From: Diplonema japonicum
Taxonomy: Eukaryota; Protista; Euglenozoa: Diplonemea
Length of the DNA stretch: 64,000 bases
Assembly (NCBI GenBank): GCA_964019335.1
Contig: OZ025744.1
Coordinates: 124,001-188,000 of the forward strand
Direction of reading: 5' to 3'
This document shows, in pieces, positions 53,651-63,859 of this stretch (positions are counted from its first letter, which is position 1; each line of letters begins with the position of its first letter). The notes beneath the pieces were generated by a model that was given only the letters and a program-made list of their open reading frames with translations, was not told where the DNA came from and searched no databases. Position numbers and translations under genes: made by a program.

Positions 53651-55195
53651 TTACCACCTGCCTCCCCACTTGCCGCCGCCACCACCGCCCCAGCCGCCGC
53701 CACCACCCTTGAACCAAGATCGCTTACTGTCTCTACGGGAGTTTTCGCCGTGCGACTTCCACGCGAGGTCAGGCAGCCACTCGGGGATGGCGAACTGGGA
53801 GGCGGTGAGGAGTTCGTGCAGCTCATTGGCGTACTTTCGCTCAGTACCCTTGGGGTTGAAGAATGTAATGGCACGGCCCTTGCGCCCAGCTCTGCCGGTT
53901 CGGCCCACTCGGTGCACCCAAATTTCACAGCCTGAAACAGGGAAGTCATAGTTGATGACAACACCAACACCATCAATGTCAAGGCCCCTGGCAGCTACGT
54001 CAGTGGCAACCACAACACGAGCCTTGCCGGATTTGAACAAATTGAGTGCCTTTAAACGTTCGTTTTGGTCCAGATCGCCGTGGATGGACGTGGAGGTGAT
54101 CCCGCACCTTCTCACCATTTTAGCGATGCCGTCGCAGTCCCTCTTTTTGTTCGTGAAGACGAGGATCGACTCCTCGTTTTCCGTGCACTTTGCAAGCTCC
54201 TTTGCAAGAAGAGCCTCCTTCTCCCAATCGTCGGTTGCAATGAACGTCTGATCGACATCCTTGTTCGCCCGCAGCCCGTCCCCACCAACCTGAACGTGAA
54301 CAGCGTTTGTCAAGAACTTCCTGGCAATCTTTTGAATCGCCTTGGGCCATGTTGCGGTGAACATCAGAGTCTGGTGTTCCTCAGGGAGCATGTCCATAAG
54401 CGCGGTAATAGCGGGTTCAAAACCCATGTCGAGCATTTGATCGGCCTCATCGAGAACCGCGTACTTAATGGCCTTCAGGTGGGTCACAGGAGGGTTGTCA
54501 AGAGCGAGCAAATCGGTAATCCTCCCGGGGGTGGCCACAACGATGTGGCTTCCCCTGCGAAGTTCCCTGATCTGCTTACCAGACGGGACACCTCCGAAGA
54601 CCGACACTGACACGATCTTTGAAGGGTTCCCGAATTTAACAGATTCCTCGTGGATTTGAAGAGCGAGCTCTCTTGTGGGTGCGAGGACCATTGCAAGGGG
54701 CGGGGCACCCATTTGGATTCTTGGCTGGCGGGGGTCGGCGGGCATTGTCTTAAGAATCATGGCGTAGGCTGGGATGAGGAAACCCAGTGTTTTCCCGCTT
54801 CCTGTTTTTGCAACTGCGATGACGTCCTTGCCTGTGAGAGCAACAGGCCAGCATACTGACTGGATGCAGGAAGGCTTGGTGAACCCAGCGGATGTGAAGG
54901 CTCTTGTCATTGTCTTTGAAGTGTACTTCTCAATGTCGTTGAAGGACTGCATCACCCCGGGCATCTCGCCGTCGATGATCTTGATGCTGTGCTCCTCCAG
55001 GTATTTCTCCTGCGTCATCGGGGGCGCGTCCTTCTTCTTCGCGTCCTTCTCCGGCTCGGTTTCGTCCTCCCTCTTTCTCTTCGAATCCTTCTTTTCCTTC
55101 TTTTCTTTCTTTTCCTTCTTCTCGCCGCTCTTCACCTTCTTCACCTTCATCGGCGGCTCCGTGGGCGCCATGGCAGGGGAGTTGCTGAGACACAT
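53651..55195 (-). CDS. DEAD-box RNA helicase, DBP2/DBP3-like
   Basis: Q motif GFTKPSCIQ, AKTGSGKT, PTRELA, TPGR, DEAD, TAT, ARGLD, HRVGRTGRAG; Lys-rich N-terminus and Gly/Trp tail. Confidence 0.95.
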   Translation of the reverse strand: MCLSNSPAMAPTEPPMKVKKVKSGEKKEKKEKKEKKDSKRKREDETEPEKDAKKKDAPPMTQEKYLEEHSIKIIDGEMPGVMQSFNDIEKYTSKTMTRAFTSAGFTKPSCIQSVCWPVALTGKDVIAVAKTGSGKTLGFLIPAYAMILKTMPADPRQPRIQMGAPPLAMVLAPTRELALQIHEESVKFGNPSKIVSVSVFGGVPSGKQIRELRRGSHIVVATPGRITDLLALDNPPVTHLKAIKYAVLDEADQMLDMGFEPAITALMDMLPEEHQTLMFTATWPKAIQKIARKFLTNAVHVQVGGDGLRANKDVDQTFIATDDWEKEALLAKELAKCTENEESILVFTNKKRDCDGIAKMVRRCGITSTSIHGDLDQNERLKALNLFKSGKARVVVATDVAARGLDIDGVGVVINYDFPVSGCEIWVHRVGRTGRAGRKGRAITFFNPKGTERKYANELHELLTASQFAIPEWLPDLAWKSHGENSRRDSKRSWFKGGGGGWGGGGGGKWGGRW

Positions 55196-55391
55196 ACTGA
55201 GTGTATCTTTTTTTTTTTTAAAAGGTGTGTATCTGTATAATACAGTGATGACCTATGTGAAGTTTTAAGCATTTTTTATTGTACAACAGGGGGGGGGAAG
55301 ATTGTTACAAAAAAAAGGTAGGGGGGAGGGGCTAGGGAAAAGAGCGTTTTCTTTTTTTAATTTCCTTCTTTTTTTTTTTTTCTTTTTCCCC

Positions 55392-56792
55392 CTACTCCAA
55401 ATCCCCGCATCCCTCTATGTCCGACGCTTCAAAATCATCGACTTGATCCACACCAAAACGGGGGGGTGTATAAGTAGACCCTGCACATGGCCTGGATGAA
55501 GTGTTGACGATGGTAGGCTGCGTGTACCACTCGGGGGTGATGGACGTGATGCGAAACACAGCCCGCGCGGTCCAAGTGCTAGCGTCAAGGTCGTCTAAAG
55601 AACAGAAGATGGTATACCCCCAAGAGTGGGCTTCATCACCGACCGTAGAGGTGGTCCTGTTGAAGTTCGCGAACATCACACTACCGGGCGCCTCGAGAAA
55701 CAGTGTGCAGGAGATGTTGTAGGAATCGGCAGCTTTTTCATAAGACAGTTTAAGGCACACGTCACGGTCGCCGTTGGTATCGCATGACAATTTCCAAGTC
55801 TTACCGAAGAGAAGTCGTGGGATGCTCTCCATGAATTTTGCCTTTCGCAACCCGTCTTGTGTGATGCCTGTTAATGTTAAACACTCGCAGCGAAGTCCTT
55901 CGACAGGCTGTGGGGTCGCGGTGCTGCACACCGAGCGGTACGCATCCAACAAAATATCCTTGCACCCTGCCGAGAACGGGTACAAATCTTCACGTTGGAC
56001 CATTTCAAGCTCCAGCGGTGTCATGAGGTGGAACCGAACCTGTGCGAACAGCGCTTCTGCGTGCTTCCCCCTTGGGTACGATGGCATTGCAGACGAAGTT
56101 GCTTGCTGGCATTCCGCACAGATATTATTATTACTCTGTGCTGTTTTCCCACTGGGTTCCCGTCCTTCCCGTATCCATTGGCAGACTGCTTGGAAAACAG
56201 TCATCTCGGAGGAAACCAAAATCTTCTCAGACGAGATTAACTCAAGGAAGACGTTGAAGGACAGTGCGGTTACACGGCACTGGACTACAATGTCCTGGAA
56301 GTTCATGAAGATTTGATGCATTAAAAGATACCGCATGTTTGGGTACGGTGCGAGAAGTTCGACCGTCTCGCAAAGACCCGTCACGGGTGTGTTGTTGCAA
56401 AGAAGCTGTGCAAGGATCACGCGAAGGCTCGACACTTGGTACTTATCAGCCAGGGCGTACAGAGTCGCCTTCTTCACCGTTTCCTTGCACTGTACTTCGT
56501 GGTTGTAAATGTACTTTAGAAAATCTTCGAAACAGCTGGGGTCTTCTTCTAAGGATATTTCGCTGCGGTGTCCTTCGTCCCACCCTTTCCCGAGCATTGC
56601 CTGGAACACGGGGGAGCATACTGCGAGGACGACCCTGTGGGCGGAGAAGACCCTCCCGCCAACCCGCAGCCGGACGTCGCTGAAGGTGTTCGGTTCGTTG
56701 AAGACCTTGCTCAGGTTCAGTAAGCACGAGTGCTTCGTGGGGTCCTCTTGCCTCACAGCGACCATGGCCCGGTGTTGGCCGTCATCGTCCAT
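55392..56792 (-). CDS. BTB/POZ-BACK protein with possible C-terminal MATH-like domain
   Basis: FSDVRLRVGGRVFSAHRVVLAVCSPVFQAM, FLKYIY, ADKYQV, SEMTVFQAVCQW, VRFHLM; C-terminal SWGY. Confidence 0.9.
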   Translation of the reverse strand: MDDDGQHRAMVAVRQEDPTKHSCLLNLSKVFNEPNTFSDVRLRVGGRVFSAHRVVLAVCSPVFQAMLGKGWDEGHRSEISLEEDPSCFEDFLKYIYNHEVQCKETVKKATLYALADKYQVSSLRVILAQLLCNNTPVTGLCETVELLAPYPNMRYLLMHQIFMNFQDIVVQCRVTALSFNVFLELISSEKILVSSEMTVFQAVCQWIREGREPSGKTAQSNNNICAECQQATSSAMPSYPRGKHAEALFAQVRFHLMTPLELEMVQREDLYPFSAGCKDILLDAYRSVCSTATPQPVEGLRCECLTLTGITQDGLRKAKFMESIPRLLFGKTWKLSCDTNGDRDVCLKLSYEKAADSYNISCTLFLEAPGSVMFANFNRTTSTVGDEAHSWGYTIFCSLDDLDASTWTARAVFRITSITPEWYTQPTIVNTSSRPCAGSTYTPPRFGVDQVDDFEASDIEGCGDLE

Positions 56793-56870
56793 CGCATTGC
56801 GAACCCCGTCCCCTGTGGTAACAAAAAATAAAATTTTGTTGTTTGTTTTAAAAAGAAATGAGAAATATCC

Positions 56871-57857
56871 TCACAGAGACTCCTCCAAAAGCTGCGGAGG
56901 GACGGCACATCGCAGCGCGGCGGGGATCTCCCCAGGGAGCGACAGCTCTACCAAACCATCGCACCGATACAAAAAATCATCTCCAATCGACTCTACACCC
57001 ACCAACGGCGTGAGGTCGATGGAAGCCACAGTCGTGCAGCCTTCGAGAAACCCGTGCCCGATGGTCTTAACAGACCGCAGAGCGGAGACACAACACGAAG
57101 GAAGGTAAACATTCTCCGCGAGGAACGCTTCCCCGATGTGAGCGAGGTTGGACAACGGGGACAAATCGATCTTCGTCAAGCTGGTGTTGTACAGGAAACA
57201 ACGACCGACGGACCGAACGGAAGAAAAAGGAGACAGGTCAACACTCGTGAGGAAGGTACAGGACGATAAGAAGCAATGGCTGATCAGAGTCAGATGAGAA
57301 AAGCTTGTGAGGTCAACCGAGCGAAGAAGCTCGCATCCACATAAGAAGTACTCCCCGAGAGAAGTGACAGAGTCCATGGACCCAAACGACACTGATCGGA
57401 GAGATTTTGCATCCATTAGAAAATTTTCAAGTGAGGTGACTGTTCCTTGTGAATCCAAAACGTGTAGGTACTGTACGGCACCAGGGATCTCAGCGGCTGT
57501 TAGAATCAAGGTTCCGTTTGGAAGTGTCATTGTTGAGGCGTCGATCACCAGAGTGAACCCCTCAGGGTCACGTGAGGCGTGTTCGCTGATTTCCTCGAAG
57601 CGTTGCGAAAGCTCGTCATTGGAGTGTACTTTGATAATGGTGCCTTCTTCCGCGGTGACCTCGTCCCCGCAGACGACGCCTGTGTCCTTGACCATGGTGG
57701 TGTCACCCCTCTTCCACTCGACTCCTTCGTGGGATAGCCTCACCCTGCCCCAGTCCAGGGTCTCTTTGTACAATTCGCTTACCTTTTCATCGCCTCCTAT
57801 TTCAACACATCGGGTTTCTTTTGTTGCCTTGTTCTTTATGAACAGTGTTGTGGACAT
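56871..57857 (-). CDS. Ubiquitin-like N-terminus plus BspA-type leucine-rich repeats (328 aa)
   Basis: Start MSTTLFIKN at 57857; 23-aa repeats of the form IGxxFLxxCxxLxSVDLSPLxxV. Confidence 0.8.
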   Translation of the reverse strand: MSTTLFIKNKATKETRCVEIGGDEKVSELYKETLDWGRVRLSHEGVEWKRGDTTMVKDTGVVCGDEVTAEEGTIIKVHSNDELSQRFEEISEHASRDPEGFTLVIDASTMTLPNGTLILTAAEIPGAVQYLHVLDSQGTVTSLENFLMDAKSLRSVSFGSMDSVTSLGEYFLCGCELLRSVDLTSFSHLTLISHCFLSSCTFLTSVDLSPFSSVRSVGRCFLYNTSLTKIDLSPLSNLAHIGEAFLAENVYLPSCCVSALRSVKTIGHGFLEGCTTVASIDLTPLVGVESIGDDFLYRCDGLVELSLPGEIPAALRCAVPPQLLEESL

Positions 57858-58057
57858 TTTTGCATTTTTTTTCTTCTTTTTTTTTTTGTTTTCCCTAGAA
57901 AAGAAAGGTTGGGGGTATAAAAAAAAAAAGAAATAAAAAGAATAATAATAAAAAGAAAACCCTTTCTTTTTCAATAGCACTTCATTTTTTTGAGGTTAGA
58001 TTATTATTAATGTGCAAATAAGGGAATGAAGGAGGGGGTGGCAAAAAAGGACAAGTC

Positions 58058-58119
<62 letters not shown>

Positions 58120-58128
58120 CCCCAATTC

Positions 58129-59601
58129 TCAATCGTTCAAATTCTGGAGTTCTTCAAAAAGGTTTCTAGACTTGGCGGGAGCGCGGCCGCCCGAGGCAGC
58201 ATTGCCGTTTGTGTTGCCCCTCGACTTGGATTTTTTGTTTTTCTTCTTTTTCCCGCCGGACGGCTCCTGCTTCGGCTGCTTCTCATCTTCTCCCTCTTCA
58301 TCACCTTTGTCCCACTCATCCTCCAACTCCTGCACATCAGTCACGATATCCCTTTTAAAATCCGCCGGTTTCTGTTTGCTCGACGATGTGACGGGCAACA
58401 ACCCCACCGCACCCTGTTCGCAAGGTATGACCAAACCGTTGCTGTCTTCGGTGAAACAGGCGTTGAAATTGGGGACTTCGGCTTTCAAGATGCCCCAAGC
58501 TTGCTTCTGAGGGACCGCCTTCAAATATTTCTGAAGCGACGCGAATCTCTCGCAGATGGTTTGGAGAAGCGTGACGTTGACCTCGCGGGCAGCTCCGTTC
58601 GTGAGGGGGTTCACAACCCTTTTGACAAATCTTTCTGTAGAAAGTTGCAGGAGATGGTAATTCTCGCAGACGTGCGTGATGAGCGGATTGTAAATGGAGC
58701 AAAGATAGTCTAGTGCTCTGTCGACGTGGCCAAGGAGGTCTTTGTACTCAGGGAAATATCCGCCAAATTCCGGAGACTCACCACGCAGAGAGATGTACAG
58801 CAACCTCGGGCCCGTAGCACGCCCGTCTCCTGACATGTATGACAGGGAGACGTACGCTGGAGACTTGATCTTCACCCTGCGGAACTGTGCATCGCACACT
58901 ACATATCCTTCTTCTTGTTTCGGGTCGATTCCCGAGGCGGACAGTACGCAGCTTTCCAGATCTTTGAGTGGGGTTGGTTCTGTGAACAGCCAGTTTTGCT
59001 TTTTCGCGATTTTGATGTGGTCTCTCTCCGTGAAACATGACAGGCTGCGGGTCCCGTGCAGAACCAGGCGTTGTTGTTTCACCTCGCAGACGATCCTGTG
59101 CCGCGGGTCTAACATTTCGAACATGTAGCATATGGTTTTGTCGTTTGGTAAGGCGTACCCTTGTGCTTCCCAGATTTCCCAGAAGATATCTTTGAAGAGA
59201 AGTCCGTTGACTAGTCCGCCTGAACCGTCTGGGAGGGATGACGAAGCGACGTGCCATGTGCCGGAGTAGTGGTAGAGTGTTGCGATGGAGCCGTCTAGTT
59301 TTTTGTAAACGCGGGAGGTTTTCCAGTCCACTTTTGCGGCTTCTTTTTCCTTGTAGTTGAAGAATTTTGCGTAGGGGTAGCACGCCACTGCCCAGGAGTT
59401 GTCCTCGTCGAGAACGATGCCGCGGCACTCCTGGCTCACGGTGTGCTTCATGTTGCTTTTGTTTTGGATGTAGCGAAGGCACACGAGGTTGTTGTGGTCC
59501 TTGTGGCGCTTCATCTTCAGCTTGTACCGATCCACGACAGATTTTAATCCGTCGCGCCTGAGCTGCTTCTGCACTTCCAGGGGGTTTTGTTGGGCAGCCA
59601 T
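58129..59601 (-). CDS. T4 Rnl1 (RnlA)-type RNA ligase, 490 aa
   Basis: ECRGIVLD, PYAKFFN, motif I KLDGS, motif III FEM, motif IV EGYVV, motif V RVKIKS. Start MAAQQNP at 59601. Confidence 0.88.
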   Translation of the reverse strand: MAAQQNPLEVQKQLRRDGLKSVVDRYKLKMKRHKDHNNLVCLRYIQNKSNMKHTVSQECRGIVLDEDNSWAVACYPYAKFFNYKEKEAAKVDWKTSRVYKKLDGSIATLYHYSGTWHVASSSLPDGSGGLVNGLLFKDIFWEIWEAQGYALPNDKTICYMFEMLDPRHRIVCEVKQQRLVLHGTRSLSCFTERDHIKIAKKQNWLFTEPTPLKDLESCVLSASGIDPKQEEGYVVCDAQFRRVKIKSPAYVSLSYMSGDGRATGPRLLYISLRGESPEFGGYFPEYKDLLGHVDRALDYLCSIYNPLITHVCENYHLLQLSTERFVKRVVNPLTNGAAREVNVTLLQTICERFASLQKYLKAVPQKQAWGILKAEVPNFNACFTEDSNGLVIPCEQGAVGLLPVTSSSKQKPADFKRDIVTDVQELEDEWDKGDEEGEDEKQPKQEPSGGKKKKNKKSKSRGNTNGNAASGGRAPAKSRNLFEELQNLND

Positions 59602-59634
<33 letters not shown>

Positions 59635-59937
59635 CGAAGCTGTCTTTTTTTTTTTTTTTTTTGCGGCGACGAAAAAAGAAAGGAAAAAAAAGAAAAAAAA
59701 AAAAGTTCCCAAGAAGGTAGCGAGCATCGGGTTCAAGGATGTAACCATGTGTCGTGCAAAAATTCTTTTCGATGGTTACAACAAAGGAAATACCCTTCTC
59801 TAGACGGAGTTAAGAGCGTTTTCATAAAGTTCGTAAAGCCGCCGCGGGAAGGGGCTCGCGATTGAGTACGTGTGGAGCAAAAGAAGAAGAAAGACGGGGG
59901 AGGGGGGGAAAAAAAAACAAACGAAAAGAACAGCCAC

Positions 59938-59970
<33 letters not shown>

Positions 59971-60297
59971 CTCTGTATTCTTCTCCTGTTTCTTACAAAT
60001 ATTGCGCATTCCCCCCCCTTCCCATCTTTTTTTTTTAATAATTCTTTTCAAGAAATTATTTCTTTTTTTTTTTCCTTTTCAATGTGCGAATGGGAAAAAA
60101 AAAAGTTTTTATATATAAAGGGAGGGAATAAACAAAAAAAAGGGTGTTTAAAAAAAAAATTCTTTTTGAGTATTTTCTCCGCCTTTTTTTCTTAAACGAT
60201 TATGGTGGGGGGGAAAAAAATGGTCTTTTTTTTTCCCCCCCATTTTTCTTTCCTTCTGGAAAAAAAAAAAACGAGGAGAGAACAAGCAAAAAAAAAG

Positions 60298-60345
<48 letters not shown>

Positions 60346-60367
60346 AAAACAAAAAAAATTTATATTG

Positions 60368-60522
60368 CTACAGCTTCGCCGCCAGCTGCTTCTCGTGGTT
60401 CTTGCTCCAACGGGCAAGGGAGGTACCGTCCTCCACAAGCTTCACAAGTAGGTTGGACGGGGTTTCACCCATCGCCTTGAGCCCAGCAAGGACTTCCTCG
60501 AGACCGAGAAGCTCGGCGTACT

Positions 60523-60559
<37 letters not shown>

Positions 60560-62538
60560 CCCCCTCTCTTCCATACCTTCATGGGCCCTCCCCTGTACCT
60601 CGGGAAGTTGTACCCATACACGCATGCAATGTCAATATCGCTGACCCTCGAGACGATCCCTTCCTCGAGAAGCCTGAACCCCTCGTTAATAATGGGGAAG
60701 TAGATCCTCTTCGCGATCTCCTCGTCCGAAATCTTCAGCTTCTGCACCCCCTTCCTCGCCCAGTACCCCTCCATGAACCCATCAACATCTGGGTTGCGAG
60801 AAGCCCTCCTCTTCTCATCATAAACATAGTAACCGGTACCCGTCTTCATACCGAAGTTTCCTTTTTTGAAGAGATAATCAGTAACGTCGTTTTGAGGGTC
60901 GGAATTGCCGGATCTCTCTCTTTCTCTTGCTGAAAGGTCAAGGCCTACAAGGTCGGACATTCTCATAGGGCCCATTCGCATTCCAAGGGATTCTGCGCCC
61001 TGGTCAATCTCATGGGGGTAGAGCCCGCCGTAAAGCAGCTTGCTGGCACCTTGCTTCGCAAACATCCTGTTTGCAACAAACCCGTGGCAGTTTCCAACAA
61101 GAACCGCGATTTTATTGATACGCTTCCCGAAGGCCATCGCGGTGGCGATGGTGCGTCCGGAGGTCTTTGAACCCCTTACATTCTCGAGAAGCTTCATCAC
61201 GTTCGCAGGGCTGAAGAAATGACACCCAATAACATCCTCCGGCCTCTTGGTCACCGATGCGATTTCATCAATACTCAAAAAACTTGTGTTTGTTGCAAGG
61301 ATGCACCCTGGTTTGCAAACAGCGTCAAGTTTCGTGAAGACTTCCTTCTTGATGTCCATGTTCTCAAATACTGCCTCGATCACCATGTCGCAGTCCTTCA
61401 ACACAGCATAGTCCCCGCCGGACGGTTGGATCAAAGACAGCGCTTTCTTCGCCTTTGCCTCAGACATCGAACCCCTCTTCACGGACGCCGCGTAGTTCTT
61501 CTGGATAACCTTCATCCCTCTTTCCAAAAACTCGGGCTTCGCGTCGATGAGTAGGACTTTAATACCTGCCTCCGCGCAGGACATACCTATCCCGCCGCCC
61601 ATAAGACCTGAACCGATGATACCGATGGTGTTAAGCTGTGCGGGTTGAGCGGTGAGCCCGGGTACCTTCCAGCATGCTCTTTCCGAGAAGAACATGTACT
61701 GCATGGCTTTGCTCTGGTCGCCCATGAGGAGGGGGAAGAAGTTTTTCTGTTCGACCTTCATGCCGTCGTCGAAGGAACCGTGGGTGGAGGCTTCGACACA
61801 TGTGATGATGGACTGCGGGGCAACCTCCCCGCGACGGATTTTCGCCCATTTAGCACGTGCCTTTGACAGCGCATCAGGGGTGATTTGAGCCGTGCGGCTG
61901 CACAGCCTGCGTTGTCCTAAATCGGACGATGAACGCGTTGCAGCAAACTTCACGGCAGCATCGACAACGTTAGAGTCAACAACTTCATCGAAGATACCCA
62001 CAGCAAGTGCTTTGGAAGCGGAGAAAGGTGCGCCTGTGCACATTGCTTGAATAGCGGGCTCGGCTCCGATAAGGCGGGGAAGACGTTGGGTACCACCAGC
62101 ACCCGGGAGAAGACCGAGGTTTACCTCGGGGAGGCCGCAGGCTGATCTTTTCGTTGCGATTCTGTAGTGGCAGGACAACGAGACTTCACAGCCTCCACCG
62201 AGGGCCACGCCGTCGATCGCAGCAACGACGGGTTTTGTCGACTTTTCCATCCTTCCGAGAAGTTCGACGAGGTTCGGTCCCTTCATCCCGCCGCTGAACT
62301 CTGCGATGTCTGCCCCTGCACAGAACGCCTTTCCTTTTCCGGTCACAACCATCGCGTGCACGCTGCTGTCTGCGAGACATGCCTTCACGTGCTGGTCCAA
62401 CCCGATACGGATCCCAGCGGACAGAGGGTTCATCGGCGGGTTGTCCATGGTCAGGATCGCGACCTTTTTCCCCCCGCTTTCAGCAAAGCTCAGGTGCACT
62501 GTTCCCTTGGGGACGGGCTTGACTTTCGGCTTCGGCAT
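60368..62538 (-). CDS. Peroxisomal/glycosomal bifunctional enoyl-CoA hydratase / 3-hydroxyacyl-CoA dehydrogenase (704 aa; intron 60521-60576)
   Basis: [40 protein letters not shown]. Splicing AAG|GTATGG..CAG gives GGPMK|YAELLG.. ending in AKL* (PTS1). Confidence 0.93.
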
Positions 62539-62896
62539 TTTTTTTTTTTTTTTTTTTTTTTTTTCTTTTCCCTTGTCTTTTCCCTCTTCTGTAAGGTAGA
62601 AATGATAGTGGGGAAGAGGGGGGGAAAAAAGGAAGAAAAAAATGGTGAACCAGACATAAACCAAAAGAATATGAAAGAAAAAAAAAAAAAGAAAGAAAAG
62701 AGGGCAAACAAAAAATCCAGAAGTGGGTGGGGGAAAAAGAAAAAAAGTGAAAAATAAATGGGGGGGAATAACGAAAGAGATTTTTCTTGGGGGGGGGTAA
62801 GTTTTCATGGTTTAAAGTGCAGGATAGGGCACAGTAAAAAAGCTGCTTGATGGCTGTACTTGGGGGGAGGGGAGGGGGATTCTTTCCTTCCGTCTA

Positions 62897-63139
62897 TTAG
62901 TAGTTATTATTGTTTTTGGTACTCAGTTTCTGCACCTGCACCTTACTACTTCCTGCGCCTGCTCCAGCCTCAGCTGCCGCTTTCTTTGCTGCTGCGGCCT
63001 CCTGCTTCTTCCGCATAATCTCGGCATCGGACTCTTTCGCTGCCTTGAAATCCTTACCGTCCGTGCGCTTCCCCTTGGACTCAGAAGCGTGTTTTGCAGC
63101 ATTCTTAGCCCTCGCCATGTCACGCTGGTTTCCGCGAGT

Positions 63140-63142
<3 letters not shown>
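62897..63142 (-). CDS. SERF: SERF/4F5 small EDRK-rich protein
   Basis: MTRGNQRDMARAKN ... DAEIMRKKQ signature. Confidence 0.92.
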
Positions 63143-63180
<38 letters not shown>

Positions 63181-63253
63181 CCCGAAGTTGCTTTTTTTTC
63201 TTTTATTTAGACTGAAAAAAAAAAGGGGGAAAGAAAAAAAAACTACGTGTAAC

Positions 63254-63859
63254 TCAGCTAACTAATGCTCGTAAGGTAAGTGAGATTCTTACACTTCGTG
63301 GCACAGTTTCCTCAGTGGCAGGGTCTACATCCTCTGCTTGAGTGGGGATCTCGTGAGTGAAGTCGTAACGCGCGGGACCTGTCAGGATATACGCATCTCC
63401 ACGCGACAGGAAAATTGTTTGGACGGGACCGGATTTATCGGCAAAGATGAAGCTGGCAGACCCTGCAAGAGTGACACCGAAAATGAAATCTTGAAAGCGG
63501 AGAAGGTCGATGTGGGGGAGGATACCTTCGGCCTTCTCGTACCTATTCAAGATCAGCTGGTTAAACAATGTGGGGCGGTCTGGAAACGGTACCCCAGGAA
63601 GACCGTCCAGGATATCCGTAACCCCTGCCACCCAGGCAGGAAGGTCACCAAACCTCATTGCTTGGTTGTTGTCTCCCCCCGTGGCCCATCCCAAGGCCAA
63701 AGCGCTGGACAAGATATATTCGGTCCCTTCTTCGTTCATGAAATCCTCAATTACGTAAAGACCGGGGACAGACAAAATAGGTTGCACCCTTTGGGACCCT
63801 CGAAAACTCTCGTGTGACAATTGTATCTCACTCGGGAGGTCACCAAAGACCTCGTCCAT
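63254..63859 (-). CDS. AlkB-like 2OG-Fe(II) dioxygenase
   Basis: GLYVIEDF, NQLILNRY, GILPHID (HxD), RYDFTHEI (distal H), RISLTLR (RxxxxxR). Confidence 0.88.
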   Translation of the reverse strand: MDEVFGDLPSEIQLSHESFRGSQRVQPILSVPGLYVIEDFMNEEGTEYILSSALALGWATGGDNNQAMRFGDLPAWVAGVTDILDGLPGVPFPDRPTLFNQLILNRYEKAEGILPHIDLLRFQDFIFGVTLAGSASFIFADKSGPVQTIFLSRGDAYILTGPARYDFTHEIPTQAEDVDPATEETVPRSVRISLTLRALVS

